A DNA stretch of 64,000 bases from Albugo candida (lineage: Eukaryota). The stretch lies in the NCBI GenBank assembly GCA_040437565.1, contig JBDOQK010000062.1:124001-188000 (forward strand), read 5' to 3'. Both the position numbers and the translations under genes were made by a program. Positions 21,248-32,318 of this stretch are shown in pieces (positions within the stretch are counted from its first letter, which is position 1; every line of letters starts with the position of its first letter). Under the pieces are notes generated by a model. It saw only the letters and a list, made by a program, of their open reading frames with translations, ran no database searches and was not told the DNA's origin.

Positions 21248-23863
21248 ATGAACACTCAAAGTGCAGAATTTCAGGCCGCTCTTCACGATCATGCAAAAGC
21301 TCTCGGTGTCGATCCATTTTTAGAGCGACATTTGCTTACAATCGTACAGGAAGCCCTTCTTGCTGAGCTTCCTGTTGGGTGGGAACAAGGTCAGACAGAC
21401 GATGGAACGCCTTACTACTTTCACGCAGAAACAGAGCAAAGCACGTGGGAACACCCTTTGGACGAACACTACCGCCAAGAGGTTCAGTTGGCGAAAGAAA
21501 AAACACGTTCGGCGCTCTCTTCAGAGGCTCCGATTCAATTGACAAATGCACACGAAACAGAGCATATCAAGCCGAAAAACAGGTCACTTGGCTTTGGCCG
21601 AGATACGTCATGGCTCTTAGACGAAGAGATTGTCGTCGAGCATCCTGTAAGCGATACAAAAGAGGTGAGTATTCGCTTCACAATGGAGGAAAAAATCAAA
21701 CTTGAGAACGATTTGGAGAAAACTCGAAACGCGTTGCAAAAGGCTCAACAAGCAGCGAAAGAAACGAGTTATTATAAAATGAAATTAGCTGATAGTAAAG
21801 TGAGCCATCAGAGGCTAAAGGAGGCATCTCAGACGCTGGAACGCTCGCTGGAGGTGCAAATTGGCATTTCCAAAGAACGATTCGAGTGTATTTGCATGGC
21901 TGGTGAGGAAGTGCTTCAGGCACAATTGCAAGTCCAGCAAGGACGTATCATTCTCTCGAGATCAAAGGAGGCTTACAACGTGATCGAACAAGAATTGGAG
22001 CGTTTTAAAAGCATCACAAAGGAGCGAGAATCCGAATTCTCCGACCAATTGGAGACTTTGCAGTTGCAACAGATTCGTACAAAGTCACAGGAAGCCGAAG
22101 AATCAGCTCAGGCGCTCCAGGACGCACAAAGTCAGCTCGTATTGGAGCGAACCCTACAAAAGGATGAAGATCATAAACAGCTTATCAAACTGCAAGAAGA
22201 GCTCGTTCAAAGCATGAAAAGTGTATCGGAATCGAAAGAAATCGCACAAAAGCGTTTTCTCGAGGTGCAAGAGCTCCAACTGCTGCTCTCCGATGCAAAC
22301 ACTCGAGCGTCTAATTCGAATGAAGACAAGCTGACAGCTTTGACCGGGTACGAGGCTTCCCGTCAGCAAGATGAGAAGACAATTGAGGCGCTGAGACTTG
22401 AGAAACGAGGCTTGGAATCAGCATTGGAGCGAGAGCGTCTCTCTCATGCTCGTTCACATGAAGAAGCGGAGAAATGGCAGCACTGTGAGCGGGTACGTGT
22501 AGAGGATCAGCTGGCTCATTCACAGCGCCAAGTTTCGGACGCAGAAGCTCAGAAACGCGAATGGCAGAATCAGGTCGTCAAACTCCAAGATCAGATTGTC
22601 GCTTTGAACGCCAAATGGCAAAATGAACTCGTGGACGCACAGCAACAAGCTCGAGCAATGTATCATTCCCAGCAAGTTCGACTGGAAAAGCAAGTCGAGC
22701 GTCTTGAGCGAGAGCTTGAAGACGCGTTGAATGGCTTCCAGGACGCTCAAAGCAAATTAAGGGATTGCAGGCAACAAATATCTTTGGAAAAGCATCACAT
22801 CCAACAGATCGCTTTGGATTTGGACGATAAGACACGATGGGAAGCCACGTTACGTCTCGAGAAAGAAAAGCTCATCGAGGAACTCCATTCCACCAGGTGC
22901 CAGCTTGCAAGTCTTCAGGTCGATTTCAAGAGCCTCAAGCACGAGAAAACGGACGAGAAGGAGCGATTTCACGTCCGAATTCGAGAATTGGAATCGAGGC
23001 TCAAGCAGAAAGAGTATGACATATTACGTCTGGAAGAATGTGCTACCAAAGCCGAATCCTGGAGGCAAAGGGAAGCCAAACGCGTCGAAGACCGAAATTG
23101 CCAAATACTTCGACTCTCGGAGGAAATTGCGCACAGCAAACAGCAGAATTCGGTCGAATTGGATTTGAAGAAGGAATTGCTGGATGCTCAACAAGCACTC
23201 TGTGATCTCCAGCGACACTCGGATGATCGAGAACGTCACCATCAGAAGCAATTCCAAGAACTTGAGCAATCCATCGCATCGCAATTACCGCAGTTGGCCT
23301 CTAAATGTGTGTCTCGAGCCAGCGAAAAATGGACTGAGAAATGCAAAGAAATGATGCACAATCAGCGCGAGACGCTTCTCCGCCAAGCGAAAGACGAGCG
23401 AGAGAATCTGATCCAAACATTTGATTGTCGTGAGAAGGAATGGACGCAAACTCATTCCCGCATCGTTGAAGAGTCTGAAATTTTGCGTCGAGATTTGCGG
23501 AAGATGGAAAATGTCAATGAACTTTTATCACAACAGCTGCAAATGCAATGGACCCGAACCCAAAACTCTATCTCAACGCCACGGACGATCTTTGTGCAGC
23601 CAAATAAATCACCTCACGTGAGTCCCTTGTGGCCCAAAGTCGCAGCCGCATGGGAGAAGCCGATCGTAACCGAAGAAATGACTTTAAGGAATTGTGACTT
23701 CGAGCGTCCAGTTGACAGCAAGCAATTGGAAGCAGAAGAGAAGGAATTACTCCGATCATTGGAATCATTGGGCAAAGCAAATGTATCGCGAAAAATCGAT
23801 TGCAGCGAATGTGAGTCTTCCACTTGGTATCGTAAAGATTACTGGCGGCACAAGTATCAATGA
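21248..23863 (+). CDS. CEP164-like centriolar distal-appendage protein (N-terminal WW domain + long coiled coil)
   Basis: HAKALGVDPFLERHLLTIVQEALLAELPVGWE..YYFHAETEQSTWEHPLDEHYR resembles the CEP164 N-terminus (YA..IGIDP..E..L..A.E...APLP..W..YYFN..GQS.WDHP.DEHYR). About 600 aa of coiled coil follow. Confidence 0.7.
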   Translation: MNTQSAEFQAALHDHAKALGVDPFLERHLLTIVQEALLAELPVGWEQGQTDDGTPYYFHAETEQSTWEHPLDEHYRQEVQLAKEKTRSALSSEAPIQLTNAHETEHIKPKNRSLGFGRDTSWLLDEEIVVEHPVSDTKEVSIRFTMEEKIKLENDLEKTRNALQKAQQAAKETSYYKMKLADSKVSHQRLKEASQTLERSLEVQIGISKERFECICMAGEEVLQAQLQVQQGRIILSRSKEAYNVIEQELERFKSITKERESEFSDQLETLQLQQIRTKSQEAEESAQALQDAQSQLVLERTLQKDEDHKQLIKLQEELVQSMKSVSESKEIAQKRFLEVQELQLLLSDANTRASNSNEDKLTALTGYEASRQQDEKTIEALRLEKRGLESALERERLSHARSHEEAEKWQHCERVRVEDQLAHSQRQVSDAEAQKREWQNQVVKLQDQIVALNAKWQNELVDAQQQARAMYHSQQVRLEKQVERLERELEDALNGFQDAQSKLRDCRQQISLEKHHIQQIALDLDDKTRWEATLRLEKEKLIEELHSTRCQLASLQVDFKSLKHEKTDEKERFHVRIRELESRLKQKEYDILRLEECATKAESWRQREAKRVEDRNCQILRLSEEIAHSKQQNSVELDLKKELLDAQQALCDLQRHSDDRERHHQKQFQELEQSIASQLPQLASKCVSRASEKWTEKCKEMMHNQRETLLRQAKDERENLIQTFDCREKEWTQTHSRIVEESEILRRDLRKMENVNELLSQQLQMQWTRTQNSISTPRTIFVQPNKSPHVSPLWPKVAAAWEKPIVTEEMTLRNCDFERPVDSKQLEAEEKELLRSLESLGKANVSRKIDCSECESSTWYRKDYWRHKYQ

Positions 23864-25416
23864 GCTGATTTTAATTTTTTTTTCGTAAGTCCATCATCGA
23901 TCGATCCCATCGATTGCTCTTCTTCCACTACAACAGAGTTCAGGGGGAGATTTGGAGATCTGAGCGATACGTACCGAATGAGAACCAGTTTTCAGCATGG
24001 AAATGCTCCGACGAAGTAATCGTTGGAATTGTCGATAGATTGTTCACTTGGAAGCATCGAAGGTACGGGCTGTGGCGATACGATATAACGACTTGCGTGT
24101 GTTCAGACTGCGAGCATTCTGGTAAGAAAGTGGCATCCAGAGGCTCGCTTTCGAGCGTGAGAGTCCCATACATCGATGTGGACGTGCTGTCTGCAATTAT
24201 TTCCAATTTTGGAGACTTATCTTCCGATCTGATACTTCTCAACAAAGCAAAATGGACGCCCATAATCACTGCAATACAATCTGTAAATGGACATATTGCC
24301 AGCTTACAGGCATCAATTTGCGTGTTTTCAGAGTCATACAATGTTTTGGAATCCAACAGCGTTGAATTCATGTAATCCCAAAGCTTGATGGTGCCGTCTT
24401 TGGAGAGTGAGATCATCCAATTTTGAGCCTGGGAACGCTGGCAGCATGCGACTTGGACTACAGCCGACGAATGACCGAGGCAGTATGACCGAATGAGAGC
24501 GGTTTGAGGGAAGTGAGACACGCGTATCTTCTCATCGCGATCAGCACTGAGAACATATCGACTTTTTGATGGATCCATGCATATATCGGTGATCATCGAG
24601 GTCGTGTGTCCAAAAAGATGATTTATTTCCATTTTGGAGCCTTCCGCATGCTCCAAGGGTATGGCCATGACCTTTCCTGTCTTCTCACCAATCAGAATAA
24701 CCTGACAGATTTTCTTTCTGTCACCTGGNNNNNNNNNNNNNNNNNNNNNNNNNNNNNNNNNNNNNNNNNNNNNNNNNNNNNNNNNNNNNNNNNNNNNNNN
24801 NNNNNNNNNNNNNNNNNNNNNNNNNNNNATGGATCCATGCATATATCGGTGATCATCGAGGTCGTGTGTCCAAAAAGATGATTTATTTCCATTTTGGAGC
24901 CTTCCGCATGCTCCAAGGGTATGGCCATGACCTTTCCTGTCTTCTCACCAATCAGAATAACCTGACAGATTTTCTTTCTGTCACCTGGGGATTCCGTGAG
25001 TGCCATACAAATCGCCAGGGCATTCCGAGGAAGCGTTCTGCATGAGATCCTATATTAATGTGGTTACAAGTGATTTGAGGAGAATTGATGTACCGATACG
25101 AGTGCAATTTCAAGGTCAAGATGGGACGCATAGTAAGAATGTAATGATAGAGGAATCGCTCTTGAATATGTACAAGCAGGTGGATGATGTCGGGATCATA
25201 GATATCAGTAGACGCCTTGCAATTTGTCATTTCATGCAGTGAAGGCTTTGTGTTTGCCTTCTCGTTATTTGTGGATAAAGGAAACGCATACGTGGTTGCA
25301 TTGCCACTTTTCATGCAGGCTATGTGTACTGTAGAGCTCCGAATCAATAAAAGTACATTTTGAGCCCCTTTTGCGTCGTAAATACGCTGCAGCGCCGCGC
25401 TTTGACGCTTGGCCAT
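23857..25416 (-). CDS. WDR4: tRNA m7G46 methyltransferase non-catalytic subunit WDR4/Trm82, multi-exon, spans gap duplication
   Basis: GHTTSMITD..YVLSADRDEKIRVSHFPQTALIRSYCLGH is the Trm82/WDR4 signature. A predicted final 47-nt intron gives the stop at 23857-23859; the unspliced stop is at 23940. Confidence 0.85.
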
Positions 25417-25523
25417 CAAATTGTAAATGTGTCCGAACCCTGTGATCGAATTACCTCGCTTAAATGATAAAACACTACAAAAGGTTTTGCATCATATCGG
25501 CATATCTGATAAGTGTTCACGGA

Positions 25524-26329
25524 TCATCCGCATCCGCGTTGTTTCTCACGTTTTTGAGTCCTTCGTTTGGCTTTTTCCTTCCGCAAACGATCTTTCTCGA
25601 GCAATTCTTTTTCACGTGCAACCTTTTTCGCATGTTCTACTTTCATTTTTTCACGTATACCGGCTTGAGCTTGATGCACACGAAGTTTATTGGTGTTTTG
25701 CTCAACAGCATCAATGGCACCTGCTGGCTTACCCTGCAATCAAATTTTAGTGGAGGAAAGACATAACAAGGTTAATACGACCTTTTCATCAATCTTGGTG
25801 ATATTTCCATCCTCATCGAACTCTGCCGAAGCGCTAAATCCGTACTCGCGTATCAGAAAATCTCTTCGAGCAAGCTCATCAGGATGCCTAAGACACTGCG
25901 ATTAGGATCATTTAGAAAATTGGTGGGGTTCACAGACATTTTTTGTCGCGCATGGAGCTCCTCTTGCTCTTTTGCGCACGCTACTTGTGCGGCTCGCTTT
26001 TCTTGTTCATAAAGACGAATTTGATGCAACTCTATCTCTGCTATCCGACTCGCTTCTTTTTTTTCCAAGAGCTTTTGAGTATCAGCAACAATTTCTCTCA
26101 CTTTTGCTTCCATTTCCCCCGCATTCAACAGCTTCTTTTGCTCCTCTTCCGACAGGACGCCTGTGCTCGCACTGTACAAAAACTCACAAGCATTCTGCAC
26201 ACGTGCACTTATATCTGAATCTTCGTCTTGTAGCATGCCCTTGACATATTCCGTGTAAACGTCCTCATCGAGTAAAAGTGCCGATACTTTCAATCGAATC
26301 CAGTCATCCAGGGCATCGGATTGGCTCAT
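25524..26329 (-). CDS. CCDC43-like coiled-coil protein, 3 exons
   Basis: N-terminal LDDWIRLKVSALLLDEDVYTEYVKGMLQDE and C-terminal NTNK..REK..EKDRLRKEKAKRRTQKREKQR resemble CCDC43 termini. Confidence 0.65.
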
Positions 26330-26743
26330 ATTGTCGAATTGCAAAATAAACAAACGTACGAGCGGGAGACATTCCTAAATAAGCTAGAAAGCAACTTCTC
26401 TCCATTAATCGGTGTGGGATTGGTTTCTTCCTAGAAGTTCTAATCCCAGATGATGAAGGTTCAACACAACAGGGCACTTATTGTTGAAATGGTCGGAACA
26501 TACATTTCCTTGTTACATTACCGACCAAAATCCTTCTGAACTCACCAACATGCCTTCTTGCTGTCTCACCAGCGAGCATTCATGCCTGTACTATCAGTGT
26601 CTTCCGCGCAATTAAAAAAAATGCGGCCTCTGACTGAACAAGCGCCATAAAGCTATTTATACGCGTCGCCAACGGGCAACTCGGTACAGACGCATCACAA
26701 TCGATCTGATTGTACTCTGAAAGATTCCGCAACCTCTCATAAC

Positions 26744-28909
26744 ATGCTCCTCCTTCTCTCCACATTGCTACTTTTCCATCAACTACACGCAAAACACTTC
26801 AAATCCGTCTCCGGTCTCGAGCCCTGGGTTGATGTGCACACGCCTAAAACTGCGTACGAGACACAATCTTCTCGCGGAGATACGTGGAAATTGACATTTA
26901 GCGATGAATTTGAAGTCTCCGGACGCGATTTTCGACCAGGAAAGGATTATGCGTGGACAGCCTTGGAGCTACCCGATGGAGTGAATGCGGCATTGGAATA
27001 CTACTCCTTCAATATGACCTCTACACGCAAAGATTCGAGTGGCCGAGGCGTCCTACAGATCACAACAACCACAGAGCCAAACATCACGTTCAAAGTGTAT
27101 AATGCGTACGCTAAACCGCCCGGCTACCGATCCTACAGCATGTATTATCGCTCGGGAATGCTTCAAACTTGGAATAAATTCTGCTTCCAGGGAGGCCTTC
27201 TCCAAGTGAGTGCCAAATTGCCTGGAGCTGTGTACCCCGGCTCTGGTAATCCAGATCTCAACAATGATGTGAATGATCGGGTCAAGAATATTGCGTACTA
27301 TCCGACATGGCCTGGAATATGGATGATGGGCAATCTCGGTCGCGCTTTATTCACACAGAGTACGAATCGCATGTGGCCCTGGTCGTATGACACATGCACG
27401 GAAGAAATCGCCATGAACCAGCGGATTAATGCTTGTGATAAATCACCCGGCTACGGTCTGAATCCAAACCAAGGACGAGGAGCTCCAGAGATTGATTTAT
27501 TGGAAGGAGGAGGAACCGCTGTATCAACTTCCATACAACTTGCACCTGGAATGCCGGTCAAGTTTCGAATGATCGAGCCAGATCTCAACGTCGACAACTC
27601 TGGATGTATTTACTCGCGAGAGTGCAAGACAATTGGTGCGAATGTCCCTGGAGTTCCATCTTCTGCGTACACCAAACGCGGGTACAATTCTTGGTACCAG
27701 AACCTGAAGTATTCTCCCAATACGAATTGTAATCCCGACTCGACACAGAGACAGAGTCTTTCGAACGTCTTACAGAACCGAAAGCAAGGAATCACATCGA
27801 ATGTTTGCGCAGGACTCAACACTTGCTCGGCTTCTTTTGACGGGTATGCATTCATTGGACCAAAGGATAACACGTCGTCGTACTGGGGGATCAACGAAAT
27901 CGGTGGATGTATGCCGGTATTAAACGCATATCAAGGAGCGTATTTGTGCGATCCCGATACGACGGATAAGCGATGTACTGATCCAAGAAAAGAAGGCAAT
28001 GTGGAGACCAGTGATCTTCCGTCTTTCAACTATCAAATGGATGCGATATCGGCCAATTCTGAGATTCCACTGAAAGCCTACACGGATTATATAAACTATC
28101 AAGTAGAATGGGTCATTGGACATCGAGGCTACATTCGCTGGATTGTCGACAAAGTGGCGATATACGAGATACCCGCTGAATCGATCGAGGCACCGCCTCA
28201 GGATGCAACCGAGTCGAATTATAAAAAACTCATGATCGAAGAGCCAATGTACCTGATCGTGAATGTGGCTTTATCAACAAGCTGGGGATCGCGTCCACCG
28301 AACCCTGGAAGTCCTTGCACAGGAAACGGATTGGATCAAACTACCAACAAAGTTTGTCAGGGCTTCCCAATGTACTTGCATATTGATCACATACGCCTGT
28401 ACCAAGACACGTCGGCTGGATCCAAAATGGCGATTGGATGCAATCCGGCTACTCATCCAACAAAAGAATGGATCGATGGACATCTCTCCGAGTACCAGGA
28501 CTCCATCAACAAAGTGATTGAAGTGAGTGGTGGCGCTGCCTGCATGACGGATGACGATTGTTCCGTGTCGCCAATTTCCACCATGAAAATCAAAACTGGG
28601 AAATGCTCGAATCAGATGTGTAAATGTCTATTTCCTTCTTCGTGGGGCGGACCTCGATGCACACTAGCAATCAATACATCGAAACGACCCGGTCCTTCTT
28701 TTCAGTTGTCACTTGTGTTTGGAATCGTTGTCATCATCATCATGATCAGTGTTCTTTACAAGATCTCGTTCCTCGAAGTCAGAAGCTTCAAGCTTTTGGT
28801 TTCCAAGCGAAAAGATGTCATCCACCACGAGCTCGAGCTGAATGGAACGGAAGTGATCGGGGCGATCGAGCCTGTTACCAAAGAATCAGCGATGGCCAAA
28901 GCCCTCTAA
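26744..28909 (+). CDS. Beta-glucan synthesis-associated SKN1/KRE6-type GH16 membrane protein
   Basis: Signal peptide; WxLTFSDEF; YRSGMLQTWNKFCFQGG; WPGIWMMGNLGRA; GH16 catalytic motif GRGAPEIDLLE; EPMYLI; CNPATHPT; C-terminal EGF-like Cys region plus TM. Confidence 0.92.
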   Translation: MLLLLSTLLLFHQLHAKHFKSVSGLEPWVDVHTPKTAYETQSSRGDTWKLTFSDEFEVSGRDFRPGKDYAWTALELPDGVNAALEYYSFNMTSTRKDSSGRGVLQITTTTEPNITFKVYNAYAKPPGYRSYSMYYRSGMLQTWNKFCFQGGLLQVSAKLPGAVYPGSGNPDLNNDVNDRVKNIAYYPTWPGIWMMGNLGRALFTQSTNRMWPWSYDTCTEEIAMNQRINACDKSPGYGLNPNQGRGAPEIDLLEGGGTAVSTSIQLAPGMPVKFRMIEPDLNVDNSGCIYSRECKTIGANVPGVPSSAYTKRGYNSWYQNLKYSPNTNCNPDSTQRQSLSNVLQNRKQGITSNVCAGLNTCSASFDGYAFIGPKDNTSSYWGINEIGGCMPVLNAYQGAYLCDPDTTDKRCTDPRKEGNVETSDLPSFNYQMDAISANSEIPLKAYTDYINYQVEWVIGHRGYIRWIVDKVAIYEIPAESIEAPPQDATESNYKKLMIEEPMYLIVNVALSTSWGSRPPNPGSPCTGNGLDQTTNKVCQGFPMYLHIDHIRLYQDTSAGSKMAIGCNPATHPTKEWIDGHLSEYQDSINKVIEVSGGAACMTDDDCSVSPISTMKIKTGKCSNQMCKCLFPSSWGGPRCTLAINTSKRPGPSFQLSLVFGIVVIIIMISVLYKISFLEVRSFKLLVSKRKDVIHHELELNGTEVIGAIEPVTKESAMAKAL

Positions 28910-29001
28910 CACAGACATCTACACTTTCTCTATTGGTATGTGTAGCAAATGTATGTATATTTGGTTGATCTCCTACTTCTATCCAGCTCGGGCGATCGGA
29001 A

Positions 29002-30262
29002 TCACTCGGAATCACCATCGTGAAAGACCCCAGCGAGGATTTTCTCTTCTTTACCGAGTTCCAACGGTCTATTCAAAGACGATGAGTACAAGAAGGATTG
29101 CATCTCAGAACGTACGTGTTCGCCTTAGGAGCGGAGTCATAAGAAGCCTCCATTTTCTTCAAAGATTTCGCCATATTTTCCGCGGGTACGAATGAGCGCG
29201 AAGGAGGTTGAAATACATTTTCCTGTAGGAATGTATACCCCTTGATACTTGATAATCGAAAAGAATGTGATCTTACACTTTCCGCACGAGCATTCATTGC
29301 AGGCGCTTGCAGAAATGGATTCTCCGATCCAATTTTTGTGATATTGGAATTCTGAAAATTGAGGATATTAGGCTCATGACGCATGGCCACCGCTCTCTCT
29401 AAGCATAAATGGGTAGAATGCGCGCTTCATCACTCAGCCGCGTACTTTCAAAGGCCACATGAAGACCATGCAAGGACTGCTGAACGCGATTCTTCTGCTC
29501 CAGTAAGGTCAATCGCGTACGCTTGGAATCTTGCTTGCGATCCACAACCGGTCTTTTGTGAGTGCTGTATGTCTGTCGACTCGGCAAAGGTGGTGCGAAA
29601 GAAGGCGCATTCGAAGGTAATGGATCGCAATGTCCAATATGACTTTGATCGAGTACTACTTCATTTGTATCTGTTTTTTGTATTGGAAAATCTGGAATTT
29701 CTAGTGTCGAGAATGAATGTTTGTATACGGATTGATATGTATAGCGTTGAGTATACCTCTTGGAAATGGACGTTTCCAAGTCTCCAGAGCTTTGACGAGA
29801 TCGTTGATTTCCAGCGGGATGGGAATCTACCATGGATGATTCTTATAAAGTGATAGAAAGTGTGAGATTGGTACCATATCGTGAAGAGCCTGCATCACAT
29901 CCGTTGCTCGTGCTTGCGCTCTCCCTAAAAGACCAGTGTTGAGTGTTGATAAGGCGATTTGAGATGCTTACCCGCGAGCTCTGCATTGTCTTTTGCGACT
30001 CTTCCAATACGCTGAACATCTAATTGTTGAATATAAGCTAATTTGCATGCAGAGTGATGTCTGCATCACATTTTTCAAGAATCTCGACCAGCGCATCGGC
30101 TGCGGACTGCTGAATGCTTTCAAATCCAGCGTTTTGAGCCTCGTGTGCGAGAGTAACGAGTGCAATCGAACGGGAGTAAGAATCTTCGGTTAATTTCTGC
30201 CGCAATGCTTGTTTCTTGTCATGATCGGCGCCGATAGCGCTTTGTAGCGGAGTTTGACTCAT
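29002..30262 (-). CDS. TAF8: TFIID subunit TAF8-like (Bromo_TP histone fold), multi-exon
   Basis: Spliced: ..AHEAQNAGFESIQQSAADALVEILEKYVQRIGRVAKDNAELAGRAQARATDVMQAL (histone fold), then PSFAPPLPSRQTYS..EQKNRVQQSL (TAF8 C-domain pattern). Confidence 0.75.
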
Positions 30263-30501
30263 AGTGCCACNNNNNNNNNNNNNNNNNNNNNNNNNNNNNN
30301 NNNNNNNNNNNNNNNNNNNNNNNNNNNNNNNNNNNNNNNNNNNNNNNNNNNNNNNNNNNNNNNNNNNNNNTTTGTAGCGGAGTTTGACTCATAGTGCCAC
30401 TTGTAGTATTATACTATAGTATAATATATTGCATTTATTACCAAACTAGTCAGTGAAAATAAGTTTATTTCTGTATTAGCAAACTACCACTCCTGGTTCC
30501 G

Positions 30502-32060
30502 TTAATTAGCAAATATAGCCTCTACTTGATCGCATAATTCGGTCAAAATGCCTTCGACTTGTTCGCGCATCTTTGAGAGCTCTTGATCGCTGTTAGAGAC
30601 ACACAGCGTCTTGACGTCCATTTTGGGTGGAATTACATTCTCAAAATTGAATTCAGTTTCGATCATTTGCTGTGTGAACAATTGCATTTTCGTACGCAAT
30701 TGCTCGAGTTGAGAACGACTTTTTGATCTTGTGGCGAGCTTCATAGAGTTTTTAAAACACTTCTCCAATGATGGTAACTTGTCTTGATCCTCGCCTTTTT
30801 CTCTTCGTGTTGAAATATCTTCACATCGATCAAGTTCTCGCTGTAGGCAATTCCAAGCTGTCTTCAGTGAAAAAGGAATCGCATCAAGACATTCCGAACA
30901 AGTATACAGGTTTTGAGGTGTCTTGGGCTTTTTTGACACGTCACGAACAATACTTGTGATCCACTTGTAAAAGTTGGTTTCTTCATCCATCAAACGCAAC
31001 CTGCACAATACACACTTACAAAAGCCGATCAATCGACGTAAAACTTTACTTACTGAATCTCAATCCAGCTCGTGTGAAGTTGTAAGATTCGTTTCGTTGA
31101 TGTTCGTTCTGATCGGCTCAGTATTTGGAGAAGGTAGATCGACAAATTTTGATCATTGCGCTGGTGAACTTTGTCGAACAACTTTTGATAGTATTGCTGA
31201 TATGTATCGAATTCTTTGACATGATAGCGTAATCGGCCGAACAATTGATGGATACCGTGAAGTTGATGCTCCATAAGCTCCAACTTGATATCGAACGTTT
31301 GCCACTCTTCCACAATTCTATTAAGGACTTTGGATCGAAATTTACTATCCAAAATGACATTCTACCCAGCAGGTTAATAAGGATTAATAGATTGGCAGTA
31401 CGTCAGCGTACGTTCGGATACGGTGGAAGTTGGACAAAATTCCATCGTTTCTGCATTTCGTCGTGGATAGAATTCTTGGAAGCCAACTAAAATATTTTGC
31501 AATAGTATACGTATAGTGAGAATTTAATTGAGGGATTCGAGACCTTTTTGATTATTGAGGGATTTTGGCGTTTAAAAAATTCAGTACGGGCTAGGACAAA
31601 TGCGAGCGCGATCAGTATTGGGCGTTGATCTGGTGTACGATCGCTGTCGCAGGATTCGTTCAAATTGGCGTATAGGGTCCATTCTGCCAGATAGATTGCG
31701 TCGAATTCCCAGGTATACAAATAGAAATAAATGATTTCCATCCGGATGGCTTGCTCTGTCGAATCGAATAAAGTGTGACTTAACTGAGGATCGGTGTTGC
31801 AATACTGAATATATTTGTAATTACATCGAGAACCACTCAGATAGATAAGTATGAGGTCGTATATCACTTTGCACAATTCCAGGCATTCCCGCTACGAAAA
31901 CAAGAAGTAGCAACAAAATCATAACGTAATAAAAGTTGTAACGTACTTTAGTCATCATATTTTTCTTTGCCTTGCGTAAATGCTCCATCGATATGTACGT
32001 TATCTCTACTGAAGCGAGACCGTAAAGCACCAGCGAGCTGAATGACGGCTTCGGACTCAT
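30502..32060 (-). CDS. Probable TEDC1-like (tubulin epsilon/delta complex 1) protein, about 5 exons
   Basis: The exons join in frame via GT-AG introns. Motifs EHLRKAK, QRPILIALAFVLAR and FYKWITSIV resemble TEDC1 ETFRRAK, SRELLLALSWLLAR and FWRWMDTVL in the same order. Confidence 0.5.
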
Positions 32061-32318
32061 ATTACTAAAGTGCTACCTTCCTACAACATGCTCCCACCAG
32101 TAGGATTTTGTGTGTGTCCACGTAATTGAATGCATCCTACCTAAATAAAGGCGTTATGCCCTCAATCTACTCGAGCCGTACTCTAGCGGAGTTCTTAACA
32201 CGCAAATGAAGTGAGGAGAGCAGAGGCTCGAACATGAATGCAGACTTCTTTTTCTCATATAAACCAATCAACGATCACTGCATGAATTCTTCTGTATGGT
32301 GATTGGCTCAACCCGACG

